Origin: Octopus bimaculoides
Taxonomy: Eukaryota
Direction: 5' to 3'
Assembly (NCBI RefSeq): GCF_001194135.2
Contig: NC_068992.1
Span: forward strand, 19,773,443 to 19,837,442
Length of the DNA stretch: 64,000 nucleotides
The notes below the pieces were generated by a model. That model worked only from the letters and a program-made list of their open reading frames with translations, made no database searches and had not been told where the DNA came from. Made by a program: the position numbers and the translations under genes. Positions 38,186 through 52,465 of this stretch are shown here, one piece after another. Positions within the stretch are counted from its first letter, which is position 1, and the number at the start of each line of letters is the position of its first letter.

Positions 38186-39539
38186 GGAATGAGATATCAC
38201 TGTGTTACTGCTCAAAATTTGGCCTTCACTTTAACCATCCAACATGAGTTATTTACAAAAGTTATGAAAGTTAAAGGAATAATGTGTGTTCCTCTGTGCG
38301 TGTGTGAGTGTGTGTGTGAGTGTGTGTGTGAGTGTGTATGTATGTATATAAATGAATATACAATATAGCTTCTTTAGTCGTGGTTGTCTATTTTTATGAA
38401 TATCTGTTCATTCATGTATTGCTTCCTAAATAGCACGGTGAACTGGATTCTATTCACATTCTAGGTCATTACCAATGCAGATTATTTTCATAGATTTACG
38501 ATCTTTACGAGTAAGAATTTTACCATATTTTCTTTCATAAACTTGCTTTGTAACCAGAAATATCTACCAGAGATATTCTCCTGACATAAAAATAACCTAC
38601 GTGCAATAGGGGTCTTTGAAGCGTTTTGTATTATTTAAGTTATGTTATGAATAACATTCGCATACCCATTTCATGTTAGCAATATATGTATTTTATACAT
38701 CAGCGGTGGTTTTTCTCTTATTGTTCAGCTTCATTTCAGCCTTGATGAAGCAGATCAATCGTTATAGTTATTCAATTTTTAGCAGTCAATATTTTGAATA
38801 TTATCTCGCATGTCCTTTATCTTTCTTTTTGAAGACGGTAGTGTGCGTGATTATAATAGTAGTTGACTATTATTTCTAGCATATCGAATGAAGATATTGA
38901 TTCTTCTATCGTAAGATCAGAGCATTGTATACAACATTATGCCATATTTGCTGATGTATCAGATGCACCCGAGCATAAAAAACTCGAGCATAATATTTTT
39001 GCGGATAAAGATTATTTTCGTGGGAAAAAAGAAGCGAATTGAATGTTTCATCATACCCTCATACACCCGGGTATCCTATCCACAAATTTTGTTGCGCTTA
39101 AATATAAAAGATATCTCAGATATCAGCATATACGGTAACTTGTAGCAAAACATGTGAAATTTTCTCAAAATATATTGAATGAGTACGTTATAAACGATCA
39201 TATCTTTTATAAACGAACAAATATTTTGAAAATAAAACCACTAAAACTCGTTACTCAGAGACGCTATCTGTTTGATAAACAAAATTAAGTGCTAATGATA
39301 TCGGCAGTACAATTTTTGTCACATGCTGACTAATGTTATTTACTCAAGGTTTCACATTATAACGCTATCACAGACTCGACATTTATTTATCTTTCTCATT
39401 ATTTGTATTTTTCTTTTCTTTTCTTCCATTCTCCCACATTCTCTTTTTCTCTCCACCTCTATATGTGTTTGCGTTTTTGTGTGTGCGTATATGTTCAAAA
39501 TTGACATATATTTACACATACATACACACATGCATCCAT

Positions 39540-39580
<41 letters not shown>

Positions 39581-40563
39581 TTCATGAACACATATATACA
39601 CACATATACAGACACATAGAGACATACATATGAGTTTGCGCACATGCGCCGACACATTTAGATAATACACAGACAGATATGCAGCTACACACATATACAC
39701 ACACATAAGCACGCACACAGACTCACATACACATATTTATATCTATATACAGACCCATAAAGACATACACGTACTCTCATGTACATACGTTGAAACAGAT
39801 TATATACAAGCACTCATAACTAAACACATATACACAGACATACAGACACTACTATCATGTATCTTCATGAAGACACCAGCCAATGGGATTGACAGGAAGA
39901 CTATATTAGAGAGTATATTCTACATATTACGCAGTTCATATTTTTGTCTATAGAAGAAGGAATCGCTTTTAATGAAGTTGTCAATTCTTTGATGTTGCCA
40001 GTTTCGCGAAATATTTCTCTTTGAAATTGTTTTGCATCTTGCAAATGTCTGTGATATATGACATTTCAACGTATCATTTATTATAGCTTAACCAAACATA
40101 ACCAGCAATATTTTCTTGATTTATGATAGTTTCAAACTTTAACAGCAATACAACATTACCGGTTAATTTTCAAGAATAAGAAGGAAATAGTAAGACGTCC
40201 ACGCCAATAATGAACCAATATTTTGCAAGCTTCTGTGATTCTCACAGAAATTATGAGAATGATTTGTAACATTCCAGTTCGACCAATAATGAGGCTCTAT
40301 TAGTTTCTCTACGTAAATTGTTTATAATTTTCCCTCGCTCTACAGTTATAGCATTATGTTTTTGTGCAGCGGATGGGGGGGGATATTTATGATAAAGTTG
40401 AACCAAACGTACGCTAAATAGATCATTACAACTTGTACTTGTAGCGGCAGTAACCCGGGATGGCTTGAACCGGTTCCGATCAACCATTTTACACGTATAT
40501 TTCTGTACGCGTCTGAATAGTTACTTGTATACGGGCTCAATATATGCCTACATATATATTTGA

Positions 40564-40790
40564 CTGGAGGCGAAATGGCCCAATGCATCACGGTTCCGAT
40601 TCCCAGACCGGGCATCGTGAGTGATTATTAAAAGCTCTACGATGCTGTACTCTTACACCACAACTTACTCTTACTCGTTCTTCCTGTTTCTGTTGTAGCT
40701 ATATTTCAAAATGCCAGCCTTGTCATACTGTGTGTCACGCTGAATCTCCCGGAGAACTAAGTTAAGCGTACACGTGTCTGTGGACTAGCC
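40564..40790 (+). mobile_element. SINE family C copy with several internal deletions
   Basis: ggaggcgaaatggcccaatg...gattcccagaccgggc...cttcctgtttctgttg...gccagccttgtca...tacacgtgtctgtgga. Confidence 0.85.
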
Positions 40791-41244
40791 TCTGTCCACA
40801 TATCTTACTCTATTTAATATATATTCTTATCTTTTCCGTGTTGATATTTTCCATGTATCTAGATGCATTTCAACATAAACACATTCTTCATTTGAATAAT
40901 TTCACGGAAGCTATGATGGGATGAACATGATTCCAGGTCTGACTGCACTGTATCTTACAACTGAGCGTGAAGCCCTTTCCTATGTTATTCCATTCATTTT
41001 ATAAATACACAACACATACACACATATATAAATACACATATACATGCATCATTAATCCCCAAACAGTTTTTCTCCCCCTCCCCCTTTTTTTTTTTCATTT
41101 TCACTCTTTGGTTTTTTTCCTCTCAGTCCTTTGCGTTGAAGAGTGACGGCTTGAAACATCAAAGACGTTTCCATTTTCCCCGAGCGTTAGACTAATATTT
41201 CTGCTTGTTGTTCCGGTCTTCGATTGTATTCAATAAATTTGAAC

Positions 41245-41245
<1 letters not shown>

Positions 41246-41293
<48 letters not shown>

Positions 41294-41308
41294 ATATCTA
41301 TCTATCTT

Positions 41309-41405
<97 letters not shown>

Positions 41406-41412
41406 AGGATGA
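41246..41412. repeat. Compound (TCTA)n(TC)n(TA)n(GA)n microsatellite
   Basis: Read directly. Confidence 0.95.
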
Positions 41413-42024
41413 GAGAGAGATAATTATAAACGATTATATTTATTATACAACATTATATATGTAAACACACGTGTATGGAGAATATCTGCAAAGAAATTAA
41501 TTGCTGTCATGTGATCATTACTCTAAGAAATCGTCAACACACAGGCTCAGGAATGAGCTTCCATGTGGTCAGCCAACTTACTAGAGGTAGTCGTTGAAGT
41601 CCCTGATAACACAGCCTACAATTGATAGTTTAAACCTATATTTAGAAGTCGTTATGTTCACGAGACCAACATCTTTCTTGAAGGCCTGCTTCAGTATCCT
41701 ATGAACAACCAAACAAGAATCTTCTAATGCGCTCGTGGAAATAAATTATCCAAGTATAACCGTCATCTTCACATTTGTTATCCCTTAGAGATAGGAAATT
41801 ACTTGTCGAAGTCGGTTTAACGTTCTCTTTAATCAAATTTAATACCTTCTGTAGCTGACTTACATGTGTGGCCAAAAATAACAGACTTCGACATTGGTTC
41901 AACATTTTCACAACTATTGAAGTTGTTCGTTTCATTTTGTCTATTAATTCTAGCTTGGTTTTCTCAGAGTTGCTACAAACTGTTTGGACTAAAATCGAAT
42001 TTACCAAAGTTATTAATGACATAC

Positions 42025-42300
42025 CTTTTACATTTTACTTGTTTCAATTATTTGGCCGTGGTCATGCTGGTGCATAGCCTTATACCGTTTAGTCGAAAGA
42101 TATGAATAAGCACTCCAAGGTACTCATTTTATATAGATCTCTCATGTAGGATCGCTAATGCCACGGGGACGTAAACAAACCAAAACCGGTTGTGAACGTG
42201 TGTAAATGAATAGTAGAATATACTTGCGAATGGTGCCACGCAGTGAGACAGAACTCGAAACTGCATGGTCGTAAAGCGAGGTTAATTACAGTCATGCCCG
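42025..42300 (-). mobile_element. SINE family B copy lacking the central microsatellite region
   Basis: ttttacttgtttca...catgctgg...ggggacgtaaac...ggtgccacgcagtgagac. Confidence 0.8.
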
Positions 42301-42468
42301 TGGAATTAAATACTTGAATATTGAATTAAAGGCTTGCCGCAAACGCAGGACATTATTCCATTCTCAAATTGACACCGTTCGCTACTGTTACACAGCTTAG
42401 GCAACCCTTCACGACTTGAATACGACACACATGATTTCTCAATACGCTATAGACTGATATGTCTATGT

Positions 42469-42790
42469 GTTGTTGTTGTTGTTGGCACTCCGTCGCTTAC
42501 GACGTCGGGGGTTCCAGTTGATCCGATCAACGGATCAGCCTGCTCGTGAAATTAACGTGCGAGTGGCTGAGCACTCCACAGACACGTGTACCCTTAACGT
42601 AGTTCTCGGGGATATTCAGCGTAACACTGTGTGACAAGGCTGGCCCTTTGAATTACAGGCACAACAGAAACAAGAAGTAAGAGTGAGAGAAAGTTGTGGT
42701 GGAAGAGTACAGCAGGGTTCGCCACCATCCCCTGCCGGAGCCTCGTGGAGCTTTAGGTGTTTTCGCTCAAAAAACTCTCACAACGCCCGG
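42469..42790 (-). mobile_element. SINE family C body and (AAC)n tail, young-looking
   Basis: gttgttgttggcactccgtcgcttacgacg...cacaacgcccgg; continues at 43466. Confidence 0.92.
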
Positions 42791-43465
42791 TTGAAATCAT
42801 ATATATATGATTTCAATAACAGAATCATTTGTATAAGAATGTTTTGCCGTGTTCATTCTGGCTCTCTACGCACGTAATGCAAATTATATCAGCTTTACCT
42901 TTAATCAATGCTTGGTCGATAAATAAAACACTCATCCATAACTAAAGTTTATTCTCATGTTTCTCTCTTTTTCTCTCTGTTCAGGTCTAGTGATTGACGG
43001 ATCCCAGCAATTTTAACAATAGCTTACAAGCAATGGATGCTTTCAATCATCATTATTTTCTCAAATAGCCACGGAAACTTTTCAAAATTTTGACACCGAT
43101 TTATTGTTGCATGTTGATGACGGAAATCACTTCCATTAATTCTAGAAACGTACAAACATACTCACAAGGCCACACTCACCAAACGAAAAGTAGCACACAG
43201 ACATACAGGCATAAACTTACACTCACACATATAATCTCACTGTTAGTCTGTCTGTCTCTCTGTCTGTCCCTGTCCCACTCTCCCTTTCTCTGTCTCACAC
43301 ACAGATACACACAGCGTTAAGCTATTTCAACATAATTCCGATTTATCGACAGTGAATGCTTCCGATTGGTTTAATTAAACTATCTTTAAAGGCATGTAAC
43401 TTTCTTCTGGCGAAAATAAAGGAAATTTTAATCGTTTGCATGAGAATAGAACATTAAAAAAGAAA

Positions 43466-43533
43466 TCTGGGAATCGAAACCGGGATCATATGACTGCGAG
43501 TCCACTGCCCTAACCACTGGGCCATTGCGCCTC
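43466..43533 (-). mobile_element. SINE family C tRNA-like head, separated from its body by a 675-bp insert
   Basis: tctgggaatcgaaacc...ccctaaccactgggccattgcgcctc resumes exactly where 42790 stops, by comparison with the intact junction at 15955-15975. Confidence 0.9.
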
Positions 43534-44272
43534 AATGTATATGAGTATGTCTTCGGTATTTATTAATAAATAGGAAATAAAGTACTACAGAAATTACCTG
43601 ACAAGCTTGGAACTGGACGTCTATCACATCACTGGATTTTCTGTACTGATTCAAATTAATACGGTTCTAACGAAGAATGCGTTTGATATTCAATATTAAA
43701 GAACTTAACATTTTTAAAATACACCATGCTCTACCAAGTGTACAGAAATGCTCACAGCAATGTATCTCATATATATTGTAACTACAGACACAAAAGATTC
43801 CTCTTTTGCTCCGGTGGACCTGTATAGCCATTTGATATTTAAAAGAAAAAATCCATTATAGTTTTATAACTAAATTTCATTAGAATTTGTACAAATAGAA
43901 TTGTTAAAATATTTTGTGTATTGTAGTGTACAACGAATTTAATGCACATAGATTTTAGGAGCAAAATTTTAAATGAACTGCTTTTGAGATCCACTGGTTC
44001 AAAGGATAAAAATTAAATGAAGGCATTATTGAACATAATTTTATTTAACAGTTACAGGTACAAATTATTAAACTTCTAAAACAGAGTAAGTCTAACCGTT
44101 ATCAATCCACTTGAATGCAAATTAAACGACTTATAGAATAATGTCTGTTTGCTTAATACACAATTATATATATGTATGTATATATATATGTGTGCATGTA
44201 TTTGTATGTATATATGTACATATGTATCTGTATGTATATATGTATATGTATATATATGCATACATATACACG

Positions 44273-44313
<41 letters not shown>

Positions 44314-44741
44314 NNNNNNNNNNNNNNNNNNNNNNNNNNNNNNNNNNNNNNNNNNNNNNNNNNNNNNNNNNNNNNNNNNNNNNNNNNNNNNNNNNNNNNN
44401 NNNNNNNNNNNNNNNNNNNNNNNNNNNNNNNNNNNNNNNNNNNNNNNNNNNNNNNNNNNNNNNNNNNNNNNNNNNNNNNNNNNNNNNNNNNNNNNNNNNN
44501 NNNNNNNNNNNNNNNNNNNNNNNNNNNNNNNNNNNNNNNNNNNNNNNNNNNNNNNNNNNNNNNNNNNNNNNNNNNNNNNNNNNNNNNNNNNNNNNNNNNN
44601 NNNNNNNNNNNNNNNNNNNNNNNNNNNNNNNNNNNNNNNNNNNNNNNNNNNNNNNNNNNNNNNNNNNNNNNNNNNNNNNNNNNNNNNNNNNNNNNNNNNN
44701 NNNNNNNNNNNNNNNNNNNNNNNNNNNNNNNNNNNNNNNNN

Positions 44742-44781
<40 letters not shown>

Positions 44782-46874
44782 ATGTATGTATATATATATA
44801 TATGTATGCAGACACAAACACGCATATACACACATACACATATACATATATATTTGTATGTAATTACTGCATTGCACAGTTTCCCAGGTATCTGGAAAAC
44901 GGATTTTTGTAATGGAGTTGCATTAGTATAAACATAATTTCATATGCACAAACATACATATATGAATGGTTATGGATATCCATAAACGTAATCAGTCTTG
45001 CTATATATAAGAGGTGTTTCATGAATAGAAATAATTTCGCTCAACTAATAATAATAATAAAAATTAATCCCCAAAACTTTTGCTACTAATTACTTTCTCA
45101 GTGGCATCTGTTTCTACATATACTCTAAATTTGTTCGACTTTTGCCATTGATAAACTCTTGTGATTCTAGTGATCTCTACAATTTATGTCTGAAAACAAT
45201 AATACACAAAATAATTTAGCTAAAGGAATAATTAAATAGAAATAAATATTAAGAAATTCAGCAGAAATAATGAACCAAAAAATATCACCCCAAAGAAACG
45301 AAAACGATATAAATAATTAATTAAATAAATAAATAAAGGAAAAGAAATGGAAGCGATTAATGTAACTAGTTTAAATGTAATATAATTCTAATTAATTTCT
45401 AGTTTATTGCTTCTGTTTCTTTCGGTTTACTGAGTCAGTAGATAGCTTCTAAATTATGTCTGTCGGCATTGACACAAAATCGAAACATTTTACTAAGCTC
45501 CACTTTATGTTGCGTTCGCCTTTCTCCATAGCGAGTAGCATCATTCTTTCTCATTTTCATATAACTCCTCCGCCTTCTCTCTTCCCGTCTCCATGTTTCT
45601 ATCACCGTCAATCTGTCTCTGCCTCTGTTTGTCTGTCTCTCTCTCTCTCTCTCTTTCGGTCTCTCTCTGACCTCTCTTTATTGTAATGAAAAGCTAAAGA
45701 GAATCGTTATTTCATATTTTGCAACATAAAACTGTGATCAATCATTGTCGTTTTGAAGGTACACGTATCTTTTTCTCTATTCTTTTTCATATATCCAACC
45801 ACAACAAAACAAAATGAATATTATTCTTCAAGTTGTTATATATATATATTTATATANNNNNNNNNNNNNNNNNNNNNNNNNNNNNNNNNNNNNNNNNNNN
45901 NNNNNNNNNNNNNNATATATATACCCCTGTGAAAATTGATACCTACCAAATAAAGGTATAAATACATTCATATATACATACCTACACACGTAAACACACA
46001 AACACACACACACACGCGCGCAAACACGCACGCACACACACACACACACACACACGCACACACACACACACAAAAGCATACCCGCACCAACACAGACATA
46101 TCTTCCTTCAATCGTTTCAGTTATTAAAATGCGGCCATGTTAGGAATCATCATCAAAGGTTTTATGTGGATCATAGCAAGGCGCACTTACATCAGTCTGG
46201 AAGTCGTTTCATCTGTCTGTAACTGTTGACTCAATTAAGTATCGTTGTTTTATGTAACAACACCGTTCTTGCGCTGGCACCGGTGATACTCATACAAACA
46301 AATGCACATACACTCATGCACACGCGTTCTCCTACACGTGAACAACAGTCACACACACACAGAAATACGAGCCATTGCCGAAAATTTTCTTACTTTGGTT
46401 AAAAGATAATACAGGGAGATTAGTTAAATATGATTTTATCCAACAGATTTCCCTTTCAGATTCACACACTTATTGCAGTTGTTCTTCACTTCTTTTAAGC
46501 CCTGTAAAGGAACTCGGTATTTTGGGCTTCGAACCAGGCCTTTCGCGACATCCTTTAAACCAGGTTTAAAGTTTTCATCACCCCTGGTATATGTACATGT
46601 GTGATGATAGGGTTACGCTTGAATTTAATGTGTGTGTGTGTGTGTGAATGTGTGTGTATGTGTGTATATGTGTGTGTATGTGAGCGTGTGCGTGAGTGTG
46701 CGCGTTCGCGCGTGTTTATGCGTTTCTTAATTTAAATGAGTTGAACCGAACACCACGAATCGTAGTCATTCGGCTGAATGCCCGCGTATATGAGCGCAGG
46801 GACGATTTACAGGACAGAATAGTTATTCCGGATATATAGCTGGCTGATCTCACCGTGTCAAGGTAAGCAACATT

Positions 46875-47140
46875 CCGAACTCTGACGTAGAATATCTGTT
46901 TACCAATGTTGAGATATGACAGAAAGAGTGATAGAGAATACAGACTACCGAAATGGGGTTCCTTCGAAGGATTTCTGTAGTGACGTTACTCAGCAGGATT
47001 TGAAGTTCGGAGATTAGTGGGTCATTCCCTGTCGATCCGCTACTTCTCCATACCGAGAGGTCATAGCTCTGGCAGAATTCTCACGCGATTAGAACGTCGT
47101 AGGAATGGTTCGCAAGAGAGATTCTTCAAGTTGAGCCAAT
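46875..47140 (+). mobile_element. Decayed RTE-clade LINE fragment (post-RT region)
   Basis: From 46935: RIQTTEMGFLRRISVVTLLSRI*SSEISGSFPVDPLLLHTERS*LWQNSHAIRTS*EWFAREILQVEP, resembling the RTE motif RIQAAEMRFLRRV.GV...R.RSS.IR....V.PLLL.IERSQL. Confidence 0.8.
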
Positions 47141-49320
47141 AACTTGTCTCAGTTGGTCACGCCATCCAGAAAGTGCAATGCCAATTGCTATGGTAGGGCC
47201 CTTTGTAGGAGGCACACAAGGAATTTTCTCTCACGACCTTCCGGGATAGTGGGCTGAAAAAACAGATGGATGTGTTAAATAATGATTGGAAATACCTAGT
47301 AATATAATTTCGCATAGTGCCAAAGGAAGATACAAAACAAAAAAAGGAGATTAGTGGAAAGCGATACAACAAATATACCTTTTTACTACCAAGACTAGCA
47401 AATTATGAGGAAAAAAAACATGACGTAGGAGTTTTTATTTAATGTCTACGACAGACAACAGTGTTCTACGGGCTTATGTCATACATCAGGTACTGACGAT
47501 AAACTTGTTGTAATGAATACATGGTAAGAAAACAACAAAAAATTAAATTGAGATTTAGGCAACTGTGCAAATGATATTGCAACTCGTATAAGAAACAAAT
47601 CAAGTAATAAAACAGATATAATACATTGCGATAAACACATGAAGACTTACGATTATGGTATAATACTCAATGCGTTTTACGTAGATGAATGGCATACCGA
47701 TCGTGAAATAAACGGATAAACGAAAACCTCGCCCGGCAAAATGTTAAATCAGTTACTCCGAAGCCAACGATATACAACGATATATAAAGATTAGATTGAT
47801 TTACAAAGTTGATTGTAATACACCCGCATTACTTCATCCAGAAGATGAGACCTTAATTGTCTACAAACGCTGGTTAGATTTGGGAAGAGTAACTGTTCCA
47901 AGCAAAATGCAACGAAATCTTGCAATAGTATAAAAGCATATTGATGAAAACAGATAAAACAAATGCCCAATGGATAGATGATTTTCAGGCTACGCCTAAC
48001 TTAACATAAATTTATATTTATATATATTCATCCATATCGATTTATATGCTGCTACAAGTAATTGTTTAAATATAAATAGGTGTATGTGTACGCATATATG
48101 TATACAAATGCAAGTGTTTGTATTTGTGCATGTTTCTGCAAATGTGAGTGTGTGCTTGTTTGTACGTGTATGTGCGAGACCCGGCGTTTAGCTGTTGCTA
48201 AAAGGAAACCCATAATTTTATGGAACTCTTTGAACTGTTACTTTATCGTTTGATATAGTTGAGAAGATAAAGTCTACTACTGACCCGGCTTTATAATTCT
48301 GAACGAAAGTGCTTGAGAGAGTAGAATGTTTGAAGCAGCTGTTATTGTAATGTGTCCACTATCACAGCCACTGTGAATGTGTTGTACAAACGAATATCAT
48401 TCTAAGGTTACAAACACAACAATAATATGCAAAAAATATATACTACAAAGCAATAACATCTTAGTAATATTTTTCTTCGAGCTCTTTTGAACTGAATGGC
48501 TCAATGTAGCATAAAGAAAGATTGCAAGAAATAGAAATAAATTGTTGAATATAAAATAAAAAGAAAACATTAACAAGAAAACATGAAGAGTTGAAAGTAA
48601 ATGGTGTAGTTTTGAACTATCGACAGTTGGCAGCAAGGTTCGACAACTATAACTGAACTTTATCTTTGCCTTGCCCTATTCTACGAAGAAAAAATACAAC
48701 AAAAAGCAAGATCAATATCTTTAGTGGATCTTCTTGCAAATCTTGCTTTTTTTTTTCACCTGGATTGTCAACATATTAACATATTTAGTCTTGCAGCAGC
48801 TTTGATATTGTTATTTCACCCTTCTTTAATCAACGTTTTAAAGCGTGATAATATCAAAGGAATGAAAAGAATATTTTAAAAAATTGGAGAATCAATGAGA
48901 AAGGAAACTAACCACACACAACAAAGGAGATATTCATGTTAGCGATGTGCATATATCTTATTAGGGAATTCATCTGAAATAAATACTCTGCATCGTTCAT
49001 ACCTGTTCTGAAAGGAGTATTATTAGAATAAGTAATTTGAGCGTAATTGGGTTGAAAAAAAATGGGTCTTTGCCATCTTTTGTTCTTATCCTTTTCTACA
49101 TACGTAAGCGATGAAGCTTTTGATGATAAGCATTCTACTCATGGTGGTTTCATCATTTTAGGGTCACCCATGTTTAAATTATTTAAAGTTCCAGGTCCGC
49201 GATTTTTAAACATGAAGTGTGCAGTTTGAGGGATGTCAAGCTGCTATGTCTCACAGATTGTGGAGCACCATATAAATGTAATGTCGTCAAAATATGTGGC
49301 AAAGTACCTTTTCTAGAAAA

Positions 49321-49322
<2 letters not shown>

Positions 49323-49396
<74 letters not shown>

Positions 49397-49521
49397 ACAA
49401 CAGATACCGTATAACTCAGATATTGTTAGGGTAATTTCATTCAGCCTAACAATATTTTCCACGGAAACCCAACCTTTGACACATTCACTCGACGAAAGCA
49501 CTTCCTTCACTTCCAATAATG

Positions 49522-49593
<72 letters not shown>
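49323..49593. repeat. (TTA)n at 49323-49396 and (ATA)n at 49515-49593
   Basis: Read directly. Confidence 0.9.
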
Positions 49594-49595
<2 letters not shown>

Positions 49596-51254
49596 GGTGA
49601 TGGAAACAGGGATCGTGAGGTAAGAACCTTAGCCCATGTAATAATGGAATTACTAAGCAAACAATAAATTAACGAGTACAAAATGCCAAAATGGAGCCAC
49701 AGCAATCGTACGTAACTCCTACCAATCATACATAGTGCTCCAGTAATGTCATTAGCAAGAGCTGAAACAATTTACTTTATTTGCTGATGTGCATTGCTAT
49801 CGATCCTCGACAACCAATTAAGAATTACTATTTGGTAGATGTTCCTGTCTAGTAATTGAATGGGAGCACCTTTCTCGGAATAAGCAGCACAGTTCACAAT
49901 ATAGAAACAGCACATAAATACATTTGAAGCTAGCCTCCGCATAAGTTACAGAAGAAAAAAAGGACAGAGGATATCTCGACGGTAGTCCCGAGTTGCTGTG
50001 TATCCGCGTCAGTGACCAGATCGCAGTTCATGCGACGAAAATTTTGACACCAAATTTTTAAGTTTTTTTTTTTTTTTTGAATGGCTGTAATTGTTTTAGT
50101 TTCAATCTGCTCTCAGATCAAATTGCTTGACAGACATGCACATCTCCAAAGGTTCTGACTATACTGTCTGAAGATAATAGAGGATAGACATAGGTTTACT
50201 TCGTTGGTCATAGGTTTACTTCGTTAGCGTTGACACAAAATTATAGCAGAAACTGCATTAGTGGCAGCAGTTGCAACAATAACATAAGAAAAGGAATGCT
50301 TCTAACTTATGGTTATGCCAACGTTGAATCTGTGGAAAGTAAAATTAACAGGGCTATATTTTCATTTGGTGGTTTTAACAGAATAGTGAATTATCGGTGT
50401 AGTTTCTAACAGCGTAATACTGTTATTGGATAAGCAAATAATACACGATTGTATACCAGAGAGTTAGATTGGTTCCGTAGACATTATAATAAATCTTCTG
50501 GGCGGTAAATTTATTGCAACATGTAAAAAGAACGAATACAGTAAAATAAACAGAGGTCTAGTGTTTGAGTAAACGCCATGTTGTGTTTAGTTACATCACA
50601 TCTTAGAGATTCTTTGTGTAGTAATGTTGGCTTCTATTTCAATCACCACCAGAACTAGAATATACTGAGACCAATTTCATTTCATTGGCTGCTCATTTTA
50701 TTTGTACATAACTATCGTTTAGCTAAATCCATTAATATATGAAATGTTGTGTATATGTGTGTGTGTGTGTGCTCGTGTGTTGAGCGTGCATGTACGCGCT
50801 TATGCGTGTCTGTATATGTGTCTACTCTTGCCTTTTCATGAAAAGTAAATGGTGTTTATCACATATTTTCCGGTCGTGTTTCAAGATTAGGCCAATTTCA
50901 ATTGCATCTCGAATGTTTTAGTTAACGAAAAAGTTACAAAATATAGTCACCGCTCTTAAGCAAATTTTATAGCTTTCAATAAAGTTCAATAGCCATTTCG
51001 CAGCAGTTATTGATGTTGTTTTGCTCGACTATATTTTAGCCAACAAATATTATCATATGTATTCTAAGCATAACAATATTATTACTGTGTGTATTCACAA
51101 ACGTATGGTTATTTTTTTACATACCATAGTATGAGATTTGAGAGTGCAAAGACAATCAATTTCAGCATAACAGATCAGGGAAACGCATCGCAATTTTATA
51201 CGCGCGCGCACACACACCCACCCACACACACACACATTCACTTATTCTTTTAAT

Positions 51255-51653
51255 CTTTAAGAGGTTTCAGTCATTTGACTGCGGCCATGCTAGAGCGGCA
51301 CCTTAAAGGATTTCTTCTGTGGACTTGTTATCTGTAAGACTAGCACATATTCTACCGGTCTCATTTGCCGAACCGCTAGGTACCGGGACATAAAAACACA
51401 AACATCGGTTGTCAAGCGGTGGTGGTGGGACAAATACAGACGCAAAACACACATGCACAAAAACATACATCCATATATATATATATATATATATATATGA
51501 CGGGCTTCTTTCTGCTAACGTATGCCAAACGTACTCAGAAACCCACAAAGCTATAGTACGATAGTAGAAATCGAATGTCCAAGATGCCACGCAGTGTGAC
51601 TGAACCCATGATCATGTGTTTGGAAAGCAAGCTTATTACCACACTTCCACGCC
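51255..51653 (-). mobile_element. SINE family B, full length, with internal (TA)n
   Basis: ttcagtcatttgactgcggccatgc...ttgccgaaccgcta...gacgggcttcttt...tgccacgcagtg...gcaagcttattaccacacttccacgcct. Confidence 0.9.
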
Positions 51654-52416
51654 TATATATANNNNNNNNNNNNNNNNNNNNNNNNNNNNNNNNNNNNNNN
51701 NNNNNNNNNNNNNNNNNNNNNNNNNNNNNNNNNNNNNNNNNNNNNNNNNNNNNNNNNNNNNNNNNNNNNNNNNNNNNNNNNNNNNNNNNNNNNNNNNNNN
51801 NNNNNNNNNNNNNNNNNNNNNNNNNNNNNNNNNNNNNNNNNNNNNNNNNNNNNNNNNNNNNNNNNNNNNNNNNNNNNNNNNNNNNNNNNNNNNNNNNNNN
51901 NNNNNNNNNNNNNNNNNNNNNNNNNNNNNNNNNNNNNNNNNNNNNNNNNNNNNNNNNNNNNNNNNNNNNNNNNNNNNNNNNNNNNNNNNNNNNNNNNNNN
52001 NNNNNNNNNNNNNNNNNNNNNNNNNNNNNNNNNNNNNNNNNNNNNNNNNNNNNNNNNNNNNNNNNNNNNNNNNNNNNNNNNNNNNNNNNNNNNNNNNNNN
52101 NNNNNNNNNNNNNNNNNNNNNNNNNNNNNNNNNNNNNNNNNNNNNNNNNNNNNNNNNNNNNNNNNNNNNNNNNNNNNNNNNNNNNNNNNNNNNNNNNNNN
52201 NNNNNNNNNNNNNNNNNNNNNNNNNNNNNNNNNNNNNNNNNNNNNNNNNNNNNNNNNNNNNNNNNNNNNNNNNNNNNNNNNNNNNNNNNNNNNNNNNNNN
52301 NNNNNNNNNNNNNNNNNNNNNNNNNNNNNNNNNNNNNNNNNNNNNNNNNNNNNNNNNNNNNNNNNNNNNNNNNNNNNNNNNNNNNNNNNNNNNNNNNNNN
52401 NNNNNNNNNNNNNNNN

Positions 52417-52465
<49 letters not shown>

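Noticed and set aside
41699-42022. 107-aa minus-strand ORF with an internal GTAAGT donor-like site at 41863
   Set aside because: No recognisable domain or strong acceptor; compatible with chance in AT-rich DNA.
50189-50225. 17-bp direct repeat cataggtttacttcgtt x2 (similar micro-duplications near 34843 and 52799)
   Set aside because: Two copies only; ordinary slippage duplication, not a CRISPR-like or regulatory array.
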